Part shown: piece after piece, positions 38,101 through 50,452 of the stretch
Position numbering within the stretch: the stretch's first letter is position 1
How the letters are laid out: every line of letters begins with the position of its first letter
Assembly (NCBI GenBank): GCA_964016885.1
Contig: OZ024743.1
Location: 992,001 to 1,056,000 of the forward strand
Source of the DNA: Eledone cirrhosa
Lineage: Eukaryota
Length of the DNA: 64,000 nt
Reading direction: 5' to 3'
Notes under the pieces: generated by a model
The model's input: only the letters and a program-made list of their open reading frames with translations
Database searches by the model: none
Told to the model about the DNA's origin: nothing
Program-made: the position numbers and the translations under genes

Positions 38101-39100
38101 TAGGTCTCCCACTATCATTGTTCAACTCATCTACCACTAAATTTAGGATGTCAACCGAATCTTGTCCTAGCCCGTCAGCATTCATCTCCTCAGTGGCCGT
38201 ATCTCTGTTCCAGGTATTATTTATCTCAGTATTCAGATCATTGTCTGCTTCGGGTGGTTCCTCCGTTCTCAGGACCTCCTCACCTTCATTTCCCGCCGGC
38301 TCGCTTTTCTGGCATACTACACCCGCCATCTCCAAGCCATTCTCTCTGCTCAGTTCCTCCAGTTCCAGCTCGCTTATCCACCCATTAGTTCTTATTACCC
38401 GAGCCTGCCCGGCCAATTTTTGTTCATCTAATTTAAATAAACCAATCTCGTTCCAGATGTTATGCATCCGTCTCCTGTAGCCCCTCTCCTTGGGGTTACT
38501 TTTCAGGTAGCATTGCATAACAGTTCTATTCAATTCTTTCGTCCAGTTGGTTCTGGCCCCTTTCCTTCTTCTTCTTCCTCCAACATCAGCAGTATTTGGT
38601 TGACAGTCAGGTTCCTGCTGCTGAGCCAGGGGGCACCTGTTGGGTGAGAGTCTGTCACATGACGTTCTAGTCTCCATTTCACCGTTATTCGAACTGTTTA
38701 TGTTCGATATTTAAACACTCTTATCGAGGATTGGCGAATGTATGTTTACATAGCCATCTGTGGATCCGCCATCCCACTTGGCCCTTGTGTGGCATTATCA
38801 CCACGCTGTATACGGACACACATAAACAAACAAACACACGGGCAGAAAGGGCCCCAAAAATGAATAAGCATAAGTTTCATTGTAATGTAGTATTCGAATG
38901 TCTGACTTAGTTTTTGTTTTTTAAGTTTTACTTTTTCCCCCCTCTTCTCTGTCCGTCCGCCTGCTTCTCTCTTCATTCTTATTTTCTTTACGTTTTTGGG
39001 GTTTCTTTTTTTGTTTTTGTTTTTCTCTGTTTGTTTTTCTCGTTTTTTGCTGTTGTTGCTGTGCTGCTTTTGTTGTTTGTTTTTTCTTTTTTCTTTTGAG
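35116..39100 (-). mobile_element. R4/Dong-like element, family B, apparently full length, with (TAA)n tail at 35116-35210
   Basis: Intact single ORF and a ~75-nt 3' UTR. The 5' boundary is approximate. Confidence 0.88.
35285..38677 (-). CDS. 1130-aa RT + CCHC zinc finger + restriction-like endonuclease (R4/Dong clade)
   Basis: Uninterrupted ORF: KSPGPDG, NYRPITCL, WIDYRKAFD, RGIFQGDSLSP, HLLFMDD, CRIC...ETVAHIVSEC, RHD, RPDLVV...IVDVACP, KINRYQDL. Confidence 0.93.
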   Translation of the reverse strand: METRTSCDRLSPNRCPLAQQQEPDCQPNTADVGGRRRRKGARTNWTKELNRTVMQCYLKSNPKERGYRRRMHNIWNEIGLFKLDEQKLAGQARVIRTNGWISELELEELSRENGLEMAGVVCQKSEPAGNEGEEVLRTEEPPEADNDLNTEINNTWNRDTATEEMNADGLGQDSVDILNLVVDELNNDSGRPMNLRFVDRKKLKETTAKVNKVIPYLEARSLHQCNNILKATANTVRKLLGIKARGNNRQERAEPWWKKRLSGQIGEMRNDIGKLESLLNGTLKNIGTKNRLEIKYKTRSKKLNIIIEELKQRIVAKSAKIRRYENRVSQYKQNRMFDNNQKMLFGQLEGKERGNDLIPGAEQAKTFWRGIWEQDVRHNAQAGWIETVQREIGEQAQQQTDLSITVETLKGQAKKLTNWKSPGPDGVQGYWIKHLTSLHPKLTAMFNDCLVSGEVPEWLTKGTTVLIMKDRIKGNDVTNYRPITCLPVMWKLLTSIVSEEIYHHLHTNNLLPDEQKGCRKKSRGTKDQLLIDKMVMGNCRRRHTDLAMGWIDYRKAFDMVPHSWITKSLEIFRVADNIRQLLGRSMGSWETELTSTGVSLGSVKIKRGIFQGDSLSPLLFVLALMPLTIMLRKVRAGYKLGRGELTINHLLFMDDLKLFGKSEKELDVLVDTVRIFSSDICMQFGIGKCGVIVMRRGRLSRSNGIQIPAGEMIKEIDSEEGYKYLGVLEADGIKNKKMKELLRTEYIRRVRSVLKSHLNSRNAISAVNSRAVSIIRYSAGILRWNVAEQKEMDRKTRKLLTIYNMFHKRSDVDRLYLRRSEGGRGLISIEDCVQMEKNNLYKYVTYSKEPMLRAVLKEGTVGQGISKEEITSRRKSSLKGKSLHSTFFEKTEFRDPQTWNWLRRGDLKKATEGMLMAAQEQALKTKWLKHHIYKEEASPLCRICGEREETVAHIVSECKHLAQTHYKGWRHDVMGRVIHWHLCKVNNLPHSEKWYEHRPEAVMENSQVKVLWDFRIQTDKKLEHNRPDLVVMDKEKRSCLIVDVACPFDTRVQEKEREKINRYQDLKWEVKRIWNCHEVKVIPIVIGALGTISKGFQGWLKKIGPLTLFGTLQKACLLGTARTLRYVLNI

Positions 39101-39299
39101 TCTATCTATATATTTTGATGCCTTCCTCTTTGTTAGTAGTAGGAATTCTATAATGTGGAAGTGGCAGCCAGCAGAGACTGGCGGCGTTGGCGATACTGAG
39201 ACAGTGGTGGTGGTGATGTCGATACCGAGGCAGTGGTGGCGGTGATGCGACCGTATTACTGTAGTGATGGTGCTGTAGCGGTGGCAGCAGCAGTGAAGG

Positions 39300-39735
39300 A
39301 GTCAAGGGGTGGTGGCGGCGGTGATGGGATAGTGGTGGTAATGATGGCCGTAGTGAGCGGTGGCGGTGAAGGTGAAAATGCTGTTGTGTTTAGTGTACAC
39401 AGATGATGGGGTGGGTGGTGTATCTAGTTTCTGGTGTTGGTGAGTTTAGCTGTCCTATATAGTGTAGCCAGAGGAGAGGAGGGGGGGGGTTCTTCTTCTT
39501 CCATTTATAGCCATTTTTTTTTGGATATACAGTGTACAATACAAAGTTGAATATTTGAATATTTGAGCCTTATAACAATATATTTTGGGTCCGAATTTTT
39601 TTGGGGCTCAAGCCGGGTGCTTTACGTAGCATTTGTACTAAGAATTGTTATTTCACAAATGATTTAAATATGTTAAAAATTCAAAACTTACGGGAGCGAT
39701 TTCATGACCTCCGTCACCTCGTGCGTCTTCTTCCC
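39300..39735 (-). repeat. Dispersed repeat X, copy 2
   Basis: Diverged homologue of 34497-35115, ending at the same ctcgtgcgtcttcttccc|(TTA)n junction. Confidence 0.7.
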
Positions 39736-39787
<52 letters not shown>

Positions 39788-41277
39788 GTTCTTTGAGTCT
39801 CAGTCATTCATGTTATTTAACTTGAAATTTTGTTGAAATGAATATCAAGCCGCTACTGCAGCCTCAGATATTCAGGACGTATCGGAGGGTTCTTGTTGAT
39901 TCCAAAAAGCAGGGCTGGACTAATCTTCTTTAACCATCCTTGGAAACTCTTTGAGATAGTACCTAGTGCGCCCATGACAATCGGGACGATCTTGATTTCA
40001 TGGCAGTTCCAAATCCTTTTTAACTCCCACTTTAAGTCCTGGTATCGGTTAATTTTCTCCCTCTCCTTCTCTTGCACTCTCGTGTCAAATGAGCAGGCTA
40101 CATCTACAATCAGGCATGATCTTTTTTCCTTGTCTAAAACCACCAGGTCAGGCCTATTGTGTTTTAATTTCTTGTCCGTCTGTATCCTAAAATCCCATAC
40201 CACCTTCACCTGATCGTTTTCTATCACGACTCTCAGAATGTGGTAAATTGTTTACTTTGCATAGATGCCTGTGGATCACCCTGCCTATCACATCATGTCT
40301 CCAGCCTTTATAGTGAGTCTGGGCTAGGTGTTTACACTCGGATACAACGTGAGCCACAGTCTCTTCTCTCTCTCCACAGATCCTATACAGTGAGCTAGCC
40401 TCCGCCTTGTCAATATGGTGTTTAACCCACTTCGTTCTGAAGGCTTGCTCTTGCGCAGCCATTAGCATTCCTTCTGTAGCTGTTTTAAGGTCTCCTCTTT
40501 TTAACCAGTTCCATGTCTGTGGATCTCTAAATTCAGATTTCCTAAAGAAGGTACTATGAAGAGATTTTTTCATGAAGGTTGCTTTTCCTCCTTGGGCATC
40601 CCCTGGTCTATTGTCTTCTCCTTCAGTACAATTTTGCGCATTGGCTCCCTACTGTCAGTCACATATTTGTGCAGGTTGTTCTTCTCCATTTGAACACAGT
40701 CTTCTATGCTGATAAGACCTCTTACACCTTCAGATCTCTTTAAGTAGAGTCTATCAACATCACTCTTCTTGTGGAACATATTGTAGAGAGTCAATAGCTT
40801 CCTAGTCTTCCTATCCATTTCTTTTTGTTCAGCAACATTCCATTTCAGATTTCCAGCACTGTACCAAATAATAGACAAAGGTCGGGAATTTACTACACTT
40901 ATGACATTCCTACTATTCAGATGTGATTTTAATACGCTCTTTACTCTCCTTATGTACTCAGATCTTATCAATTCCTTCATTTTTTTGTTCTTGATGTCAT
41001 CTGCCTCCAGAACACCTATATATTTGTATCCCTCTTCAGTGTCAATTTCCTTTATCATCTCATCTGTTGGTACCTGGATTCCGTTGTTCTGGTCAATTTA
41101 CCCCTCCTCATCACTAGGACTCCACACTTATTAATACCAAATTCAATATATATAACCTTGCTGAAAATACGGACAGTGTCAACAAGTACATCCAACTCTT
41201 CACTCTTCCCAAAGAGTTTAAGATCGTCCATGAAGAGGAGGTGGTTGATGGTAAGCTCTCCTTTTCCCAACTTGTAG
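39736..41277 (-). pseudogene. 5'-truncated, frameshifted family-B R4-like copy with (TAA)n tail
   Basis: ORFs 39853-41300 match the C-terminal half of the 1130-aa protein, with frameshifts and small deletions. Confidence 0.92.
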
Positions 41278-41389
41278 CCGAGGTTAACTTTGCCTTTCAT
41301 CCTTACGGGGTCGATAAAATAAAGTACCAGTAATGTACTGGGTAATTGCTGGCCTTGTGCTTAAAGTAGAAACAATTATTATTATTATT
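41277..41389 (+). mobile_element. SINE 3' half, fused head-to-head to the truncated R4-like copy
   Basis: gccgaggttaactttgcc...gtagaaacaattattattatt. Confidence 0.88.
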
Positions 41390-42407
41390 GTTGTTGTAGT
41401 TTTTTTTTATTATTATTAACGTTTTACTGTAACCTCAGTTTAACCTACATATTGATCAAATCCAAATGCATTAAAATCTTTTCATCTATTTTCATCTATG
41501 AACAATATTATTATTTTATATGGCAGTTTAATAGACTAAACCTCTGTCAAATATATTTACGAGGTAGCGTTACTGTTAGAAACTTTATTGTAGATATCCA
41601 CATCATCACCATTGTGCTAAAAATTAATAGGATTCATGTTCGCAACAATATCAACTTCAACAATATCAACAACAGGGATAGTATCACGAAAGAACAAGAA
41701 AGAAGTGCCATGAAATTGTCAGTCAACGACAAAAACCACACTCTCAAAATAATGAAACAACGACGATGACAACAACAGCAAAGACAGAAACCATCTCGAA
41801 GCATTTAAAAAATCGTCAAACTTAACAACAACAACAACAAATCTATGCTCATTATGAACATTATAAACGACAAAAATAACACCGACTACAGTAACAAAAT
41901 CAGTACGCCTTCGCTACACAAACAAACAGCGACAACAACAACACTTCAATTACAACTGTATAGTATTTTCAGACCTTTGCAGAACCTCTGTTTATAGCTA
42001 CAATATATTGTAAGACGATTAATGTCATATCCTCTTTGATGCTTTTCTTTTCAAGTCGTCTTATCTTTCCGTTTTTTTCATGAAATTCCAGAATCAAAGT
42101 TTTTCTTATGAACCAACACATATGTATTAATATATTCACAGAATGTCAATTAGATACGACTACCAATAAACCAACATAACTTACATATGTAGGTATTCAC
42201 ATATCTACGTATCTACCAACATAATTTACCTACTTATTTACTCGCCAAAGATAGACTCTCTACGTGGCCGTTCGACCTTCTGAAAATAGCAGCTGAAATC
42301 ATGCTATACCACCTTGCGAAAAGTAAACATAAATATGAAAAAATGGAAAAAATCCTGGTTAATGCTGCTTAAACCGGGTTGAGCAATAATCGATATACCT
42401 GTCTATA

Positions 42408-42526
42408 TGGAGGAGGAGGAGGAGGAGGAGGAGGAGGAGGAGGAGGAGGAGGAGGAGGAAGAAGAAGAAGAAGAAGAAGAAGAAGAAGAAGAAGAAGAAG
42501 AAGAAGAAGAAGAAGAAGAAGAAGAA
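42408..42526. repeat. Compound (GGA)n(GAA)n microsatellite
   Basis: Direct reading. Confidence 0.95.
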
Positions 42527-43949
42527 GACAATGATCAAAGATACAAAAGGCAGAAGAGGACACAAGACGAGTTATGAATATTTGTTCGACTGTTATTTGT
42601 ATAACATACATTACGAATTCGCGGGAAATCTATGCTTATCATCTGTCGAAATGGTCGTCCTCGGCCTCAGCACCTATCGACATGACTACGTGACCATTCG
42701 GGGTCGTAACGTCTAACAAGTTAGTTAAACTTTGACCTACAGTGTCTTACATGAGAAAAACGAACAGAACCTATGTAAATGTACAGGACAAGGACAACAT
42801 TTGTACATAATTACATGTTTGATATGGATGACAAGGATATTTAAGATTTATAGCACGTCAACCAGACTTGTCAGCGAAGAGATCTCCCACCCATTTTGGG
42901 GTTGGTGGGAGATGTCTTCTCTTGTGAAAACGGGTATAGCTTTCATTATGTAAATCTCCCCATTTTGCCCCATTTTACCTCGTTTTGGGGTAATCCTTTT
43001 CATGGTACTCCCCGTTTGGCTGTTTAGAGGTTGGCAGGTCTGCGTCAACTTACTGCAAAGAACCTTATCTTCTGGGTTTGATCTTTGTTTTCCCCAAACT
43101 AGCGAACTAATATGGAATTGCTAATAATTGTAGCACCAACTTTTCGATCTTACTTATGATGAGATAAAACCTGTAAATAATCTCGCCAGCTGTTTTCAAA
43201 TAGAAAAATAATTCAGAGTATTTCTGTATCTAAGAATATATCGACATGTCTTCAAACTCTAACTCCTAAATAAGAAATATCGCGTCTTATGATATCAGAA
43301 GAAATAATGTGCTTTATAAAGCATGGATCAGTACCACTTAGTGTATTATCGATTGCAATCGATTATATCTTACACCCAGTTTTTTCATTGTATTGTATGT
43401 AAAAAGGGAAGGGACAGGCTGATTAAAAGTGTGATCGCATTCAACAGACGCGAACGGTTTCATACACACACAGTACACATACAATTACACACATGCAAAC
43501 ACACTTATGCAAAGCCAACTGCCATTATTATGCATATTACATTCAGTGAAAGTAAAAATTAGAGATTAAGAACACTGGTACATCGGAGTTTGCGACACTT
43601 TTCATATAATTGTAGCTGTGAAACAATTTGGAGTTAAAACTACTCTTTATTTTCCTTTGCTTCCTTTTATGTATTTATCAACTCCCAAGTTCATTCTTTC
43701 CATTTTTCTCTCTTTTCCTATCATTCTTCCTTTCATTACACAATACACCAGGTATTTTCTAACTAATATGTACGCAACCAATAGATAATTGTTGTTTTTA
43801 GCGAAAAGGAGAGAGAGAAATATAGACTCAGACAGTAACGATTGAGAGATGTACAGTTTAATTATATAAGAAGGTGTTGTACATTGCTTGCAGTATTGTG
43901 TCAGTGTATAAAACAGTATGTTATTTGAAGGCTACGACAATGCAAAATG

Positions 43950-44170
43950 GACAATAGATTTTGGTATAAACCGAAGGCTACAGCTGATCCCAAAACAATT
44001 TGAAGGGGTGGGTAGAGTCGATTAAATCGACCCCAGTGTATCATTTTATTAAATCCCGTAAGGATGAAAGGCAAAGCTAACCTCGGTGGGATTTGAACTC
44101 AGAAAATAAAGAGCCGTAACTCTATGCTGCAAAGCAGGTTGTCTAGTGCTCTACCGATACTGTCAATCAC
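43950..44170 (-). mobile_element. Diverged SINE, long variant
   Basis: gtcgattaaatcgaccccagtg...aggatgaaaggcaaag...gggatttgaactcag. Confidence 0.8.
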
Positions 44171-45171
44171 GACAGTATGGCTATGCAGATGACTTCGCCT
44201 TTCGTCACTCCGATAGAGTTTTCACTAACGTAGAGACCGTACTAACAGCAGACATGACTCAACTGGCAAAATATTATCTGGATTTAGAAGCTGAGCTTGG
44301 CATGACGACTGCAGCAGTGTTCCACCAAAATACCAAGGAGGCCTATCGTCAGCTCCCCATTTACCTCGATGGCACACCCCTCCCTTATAACGCGACACTG
44401 ACTTATCTGAAATTAGTTCGACAGATGAAATACAAAAAAAAACACCTCGATTACTTGCGTGCAAAGGAGAACAACCTTGTACGCCACTTGTAAGGTTTAT
44501 ATAGGGTGCTGATTCATCCACCCTACATACCAGTCCATGGTCTGCAGTGCTACTGTATATGTCTCCCCTATTTGGTGCAGAAGCTCTCGATATAAGAAGA
44601 TAAATACAGCCCTAAACATCTCCTTAAACCTCATCACTGGATGTCTCCGTCCGATACGAATTGAATATCTACACCTGTGCTCTCAGACATTGCACCTGCA
44701 ACTCTTTGGAGAGAGCATCATACACACAAGTTGATAATCAAGGCCTTAATAGACCCAAATTATCTGCTCCATGGATGAGGATTCTCAGCTACTAGACCAA
44801 CACGGTTTGATGTCACACTGCTCTTTTTCCGCTAGGACAGCAGATTCGCGAAACTCAAATTTCAATAGGCTTCATCCGTGGAGTGTTAGATGGCAAACAG
44901 ATATCTCGACCGGCCCAAATAAATGACAACCCCAATACAGTCGTCCTACCAAGCACCAACTTTTCTCGGAGGGAGCAGATAACCCTGACTCGGCTACATA
45001 CAGGCGTCGGCCGATTCAATGCAGCCATGCACCACATAATTTATACTGAGTTCCCGAGTCTATCGTCTCCGCCAGAAGATGTGCACCACACGCACAATGA
45101 TCCCTCTACCGTCCGTTGGTTGCAGCACCTGGTGGATTTCACGTGAATGCAATCTCATACAAAAGAAGAAG
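44171..45171 (+). pseudogene. Decayed LINE RT 3' half (clade uncertain, possibly Ingi/Vingi-like)
   Basis: YGYADDFAF, SPIWCRS, LITGCLRP, LTRLHTGVGRF; short aagaagaag tail. Confidence 0.65.
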
Positions 45172-45662
45172 TATTTAACGAAACAGATGGGTCTGATTTG
45201 GCTGGAATGCCTTTGGTCGTAAGTCTTTTCTATAAGGACTGACCAAAGATTGACACAACCAGAGATACTGGAAATATTGTGATAGGAGACAATGTTCAAG
45301 TAACGGCCGTATGTTTTTTTTCTAGTGGAAACTAACCTCATAATGCTCAGAAATCAATATAAACAACATAGACAACTTGTATATAGACGCGAAACCTGAT
45401 GCATCTCTATCAGGAAGCCTCTTCCTTTACAGTCATTTGATCTTTTATTAATTTTCTCTATGAAAACAGAATTTAGTTGCTGTACTAACTGCTACCAAGC
45501 TAAGAGTGCACAACCTATGATTCACGTAATTGGGCTTATTTTTATTTTTATATGATTGAGCTGATGTTCTCGAAGTCTTCATAGAAACAAGACATTGAGT
45601 ATGTATGTATGTATATATACATACATACATACACACACACACACGCACACACACACACACAG

Positions 45663-45763
<101 letters not shown>

Positions 45764-45795
45764 TACACGGGTGTGTATGATTGTGTATAGAAGAT

Positions 45796-46198
45796 TATAT
45801 TAATGAGAGGAATTCCAACTTTGTCTGATTTACTCGTTTTATTTACAATCCTTTAAAATTTATAATGGTATTAGAATGAAATAGTATGATAGAATATTAA
45901 ATGTTAAGTGTTAATTGAACAAGTACTTTCATGCTTTCGCAATCTTCAGGTTCATAATGTGTGGTGACAGTCAAGTTTGCAATTTTCAACTGTGAATTTT
46001 CAACTTTCACAGTTGAAAATTGCAAACTTGACTGTCACCACACATTATGAACCTGAAGATTGCGAAAGCATGAAAGTACTTGTTCAATTAACACTTAACA
46101 TTTAATATTCTACCATACTATTTCATTCTAATACCATTATAAATTTTAAAGGATTGTAAATAAAACGAGTAAATCAGACAAAGTTGGAATTCCTCTTA

Positions 46199-46206
<8 letters not shown>
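45796..46206. mobile_element. 411-bp palindrome (201-bp arms, 9-nt spacer) with two outward-facing hammerhead motifs
   Basis: Arms 45796-45996 and 46006-46206; two mismatches found by eye; the right end runs into (TA)n. Confidence 0.9.
46048..46086 (+). ncRNA. Candidate minimal type I hammerhead ribozyme (mirror copy 45916-45954 on the minus strand)
   Basis: UGAAC-CUGAAGA-U-UGC(GAAA)GCA-U-GAAA-GUAC-UU-GUUCA: 5-bp stem I, GNRA-capped stem II, and a palindromic GUAC loop III typical of dimer-forming minimal hammerheads. Confidence 0.7.
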
Positions 46207-46249
<43 letters not shown>

Positions 46250-46565
46250 ATGTGTGTGTGTGTATGCATCTATATATATATATGCTTCTATCTTTACACA
46301 CGGCACTGGACAGAATTGCTTCCACATCATTCATTCTCATCTCGGGAACGATTTTGAATAGCGCCAGTTCGTAATTTGAACTCGGGAATTTTATATTCTC
46401 CGAGTGAAAAGAACCTTCTGACGAGAGTCTATCTTTTCAATGGAAGGCCGCAAGGATGTCCATTTATTTTTGAGACTCGAAACCGATTCGGTAAAGGTAA
46501 CCATAGTGACTACAGTGAATTTTTTGAAATTTATTTTGAATCTTTTTCTTATTTGCTAAACCTTG

Positions 46566-46618
<53 letters not shown>

Positions 46619-47669
46619 CCACACACACATATATACATTTTTTGTGTGCACTTTTGTGAGCGTTGGTGCTTATGTAGGTTTGGTGAGTGTTATGTGGTAT
46701 GTATTCTAAGAGCAAAGATATAGAGCAACCCAACAGACGTAATGAATATGCGCGTTCGTTGGGAGAAAGGTAGTGGCAGGAGGAGCATTGTACGTGATGG
46801 CTCTTCTGGTTGCAATGCTTCTGCTGCAGTAACTAACGAAGTTAGCGAAACAATGTTACGTCTTCTCTTCCTCGCATCCACTACCACAACCAAAAATGAA
46901 AAGCAAAGAACAAAAACCTTCCGTCTTTTTAATTAAAGCACGTCTCTATAAAAATGTTGCATAGACAATGTTCGTGCCAAGCTGTTTACTAGACTGTTTT
47001 AATTCATTAAAATTCAAAAAGACATTTTCAACACGAAATGTCTTTTGATTTTACTTTTGCAACTTGGTGGTTATAGGTCTCAACGAGCCAATCACTGGTT
47101 TATTGAATTGCTGCAGTTAGTAATGTTCTTTTATGTTTTGATTTTACATCACATCCAGTAAGAAAAATCATATATATACTAGTCAAATAGGTGTCTTCGA
47201 ATAAATAAAAGACAGATGTGTTTGGCATTGAAGAAACGCGAGTCGTTCTTATTCCAAAGCCTGAATTCAGTATATGAGGGTAATGTAAGGCACATGTAAA
47301 TCCTCAGTTAAATAAATTTCTGTATTTCCAATCCGAACGTTTACCTTGTAAATTTCAGTTTCATTAAATGTTCTTAAAACAGCTACGGGATTCAATGAAA
47401 TAATTGTTACTAGCATACTACGATTCTTCCACGACACTTCCCTTTAATATGTAGTGATAATCGTTAAAGCTGCACTCTATTATTTTGTGGTCTTCTGTAA
47501 AAAAAATAATTGAAGAAATCATTACAAGTTGAAAAAAAATATAATTAGAAGAATTCAATTGAATTTAGCATTTAATATTCAACACTGTTTAAATGTTATC
47601 ACATGTATTTCCTTTTACAAAAAGAACGAATGATGCCAAAACAGTGCAATTCTGTCTAGCTTTCTGAGG

Positions 47670-47730
<61 letters not shown>

Positions 47731-48738
47731 TCTTTCTTTCTCTCTCTCTCTCTCTCCCCCTCTATTTCTCTCTTACTCTCTCTTTTTCTCTGCCACTCTC
47801 ATTCAATCTATTTCATACGTTCTTACTTTTTCTTTTTACACCCACAATCATTCATGTATTAAGAGATGAATGAATACATAAAAATACGAAAATATTTTGA
47901 AAATATGTTTCAAATATATATATATACTTTCGGTAGACATGTTGACTAATTGGCTGTGCGTATTCAACACACCGATCAGTGAATAATGATGCAATTCAAC
48001 ACTTAGCACCCAACGTCGTATATTCTTCCAAATATAATTCGTCAGTCCTTGACGGAGTATATGTAATCACGTAACCCTGCAATGAGAGTAACCTATGGAA
48101 TCTAAGTTTTCACCCACTCTCGTCTCATTGGACAGATAGACAGCTGGCAAATTTATTTAGGGTTCATTCGGAACAGCTGGACAAAGGTGACTCGTGGAAG
48201 AACACCAGTTTAGTATACCTGTTGCTTCGGCACTGTGAATACAATAACTGAACTCACTCTATTTCACTTATATCTTGTCTCTTTATTTCTCAGTTGGGCA
48301 CCTTTCACTTATTTATTTATTTATTTTTGCATTTTAGCATTATTATTTAAGTGATTGAGTGATTATCTAATTAATTATTACTTTTATGCTTTATATTTCT
48401 TTTCTATATTTCGTTAGTGTATCTCTGTAATTTCCTAGTTAGGTTTATTAGTCACTCAGTCCTCGACCTCCACGCCTGCACACATCTGTAGAGTGGAACT
48501 AAAGTTCATAGGGGAACGGACATCGGCAATGAAAATGACATATCTGTCCGTCCCCTTGTCTTTAGATTGAAAAAATAACCTTGTTGCATAATATGCTGTC
48601 TGCGCAGCCGGTTGCATGATCGAATCATCATGTAGCCGTGATCGGTATTGTAACATGTATCCCAGCTTTATTAATACAGTATTTGTAAACATTTAAACAC
48701 GGATCATTGATTTATCCTTATTCTCTCTCTCACTCTCA

Positions 48739-48803
<65 letters not shown>

Positions 48804-48815
48804 ATCTCTCTCTCC

Positions 48816-48932
<117 letters not shown>

Positions 48933-49527
48933 GTGCAAATACACACAACACAGACAGAACACATATAGTGTGTAACATTCAGCATTCAGACAGAGTTGCG
49001 TACAAAAGAATAAAAGCCACTGACTGGAAAGAAGCCTAAAGAGATAATTTAACCGACAGAGAGACAGACAGATGGTATCTTGTATAAAAGTTTAATTTGG
49101 GATCTGCCTTATCTTTTCTTTGTCTTTCTTACTTTTCTAATACTTAATGTATAAAATACTTGTGGGAAGTACTTTGAAAAATAGTATGAAAAAATATCAT
49201 CATATACATTAGAATATATTCCATAAAGGAAAGAAAAGTAAAAGTAGAAAAGAAGCATCTGTATTTTAGATCCGTATAAAAGAAATATATAAATGGTGTT
49301 AAGTATTTTCTTATGTGAAGATATTTGGCTACATATAGATAGCTCATGTTAAACAGTTTGTGCGGTGACAGATGTTGGAGAATATATATCAGTTTAATGA
49401 AATCACCTTACGGCAATAGCATGCTGAAAACATTGGGTCTTGTTCTATTACCGAAAGTAAGAAACATGGCGACTGGTTAGTTATCAGTGAATGAGGTGTT
49501 TTCTTTTCTGAAAGGGTAACTCATATG

Positions 49528-49657
49528 CAGTGCAGGATTTACCATTTTGCTTAGGAGTTCTTAAGCATAGGGCCCTGTTGGCAAGGGAGGCCCATCTTTC
49601 TACCCCCAAAATGAACTTAACTAGCACAAGGCCTCATTTGTCCTAAATCCGGCACTG
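49528..49657. mobile_element. Small MITE, hAT-like termini
   Basis: TIRs CAGTGCAGGATTTA / TAAATCCGGCACTG (1 mismatch in 14). Flanks ctcatatg / ctcagagt are only a weak 8-bp TSD match. Confidence 0.6.
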
Positions 49658-49956
49658 CTCAGAGTGTATAAGCATACGCGTATGACAAACCGCTTATAGT
49701 TTATTTTTAAATTCACATGGGCTAAATCTTGATCATACTCCCGCACATCTGTCAAGCAGGTCATTCATCAATGCTTCCATTTTCCTTCACTATCTATCCA
49801 TTCATTCTGCAAGTAGCCTTCTATCACTATTATTTTCTGGTTATTCAACCGGTCACCCTCTGATCATCCAACCAACAAGCTTACCATTGATCTAATTATG
49901 TATGCATACAAACATGTAACCAACTATCAAGCTCTCTCTCTCTCTCTCTCTCTCTC

Positions 49957-50410
49957 TTGAGATCGGTGTGGGAGTCGGACCTTCGTAAAGACCTGAGAAT
50001 CCGCCTCTTCATTGCTGTAGTGGAGTCTGTGCTGTTGTGTGGGTCTGAGACTTGGACACTGACCAAGAAACTCACTCAGATGGTGGATGGGCGCTACACG
50101 AGAATGTTGAGGATGGCTCTGAACATTAATCAGTATACACTGAGGATGAAAAACTCAGAGCTGTATGGGAGCCTCCCAAAAGTCAGCTCAAAAGTGACAC
50201 AGAGGAGACTGAGGTTACCTGGACATGCTCACCGACATCCAGAGTTGCCACTGCACTCAGTGCTTCTGTGGGAGCCCCTACATGGACACACTGGAAGAGG
50301 AACCAAGGTTAACGTAAGTTGATGCCCTAAGGACAGACACTGGTCTGTTGGAGACGCAGGACATGGCAGCGATAATGAGGGACAGAGACCGCGGAGAGAA
50401 CTCGTCCATG
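49957..50410 (+). pseudogene. RTE-like LINE 3' fragment
   Basis: RIRLFIAVVESVLLCGSETWTLT...YTRMLRMAL...RRLRLPGH. Confidence 0.75.
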
Positions 50411-50452
50411 GATCTCGGGAATTTTACCCACCCTAGAATATATATATATATA

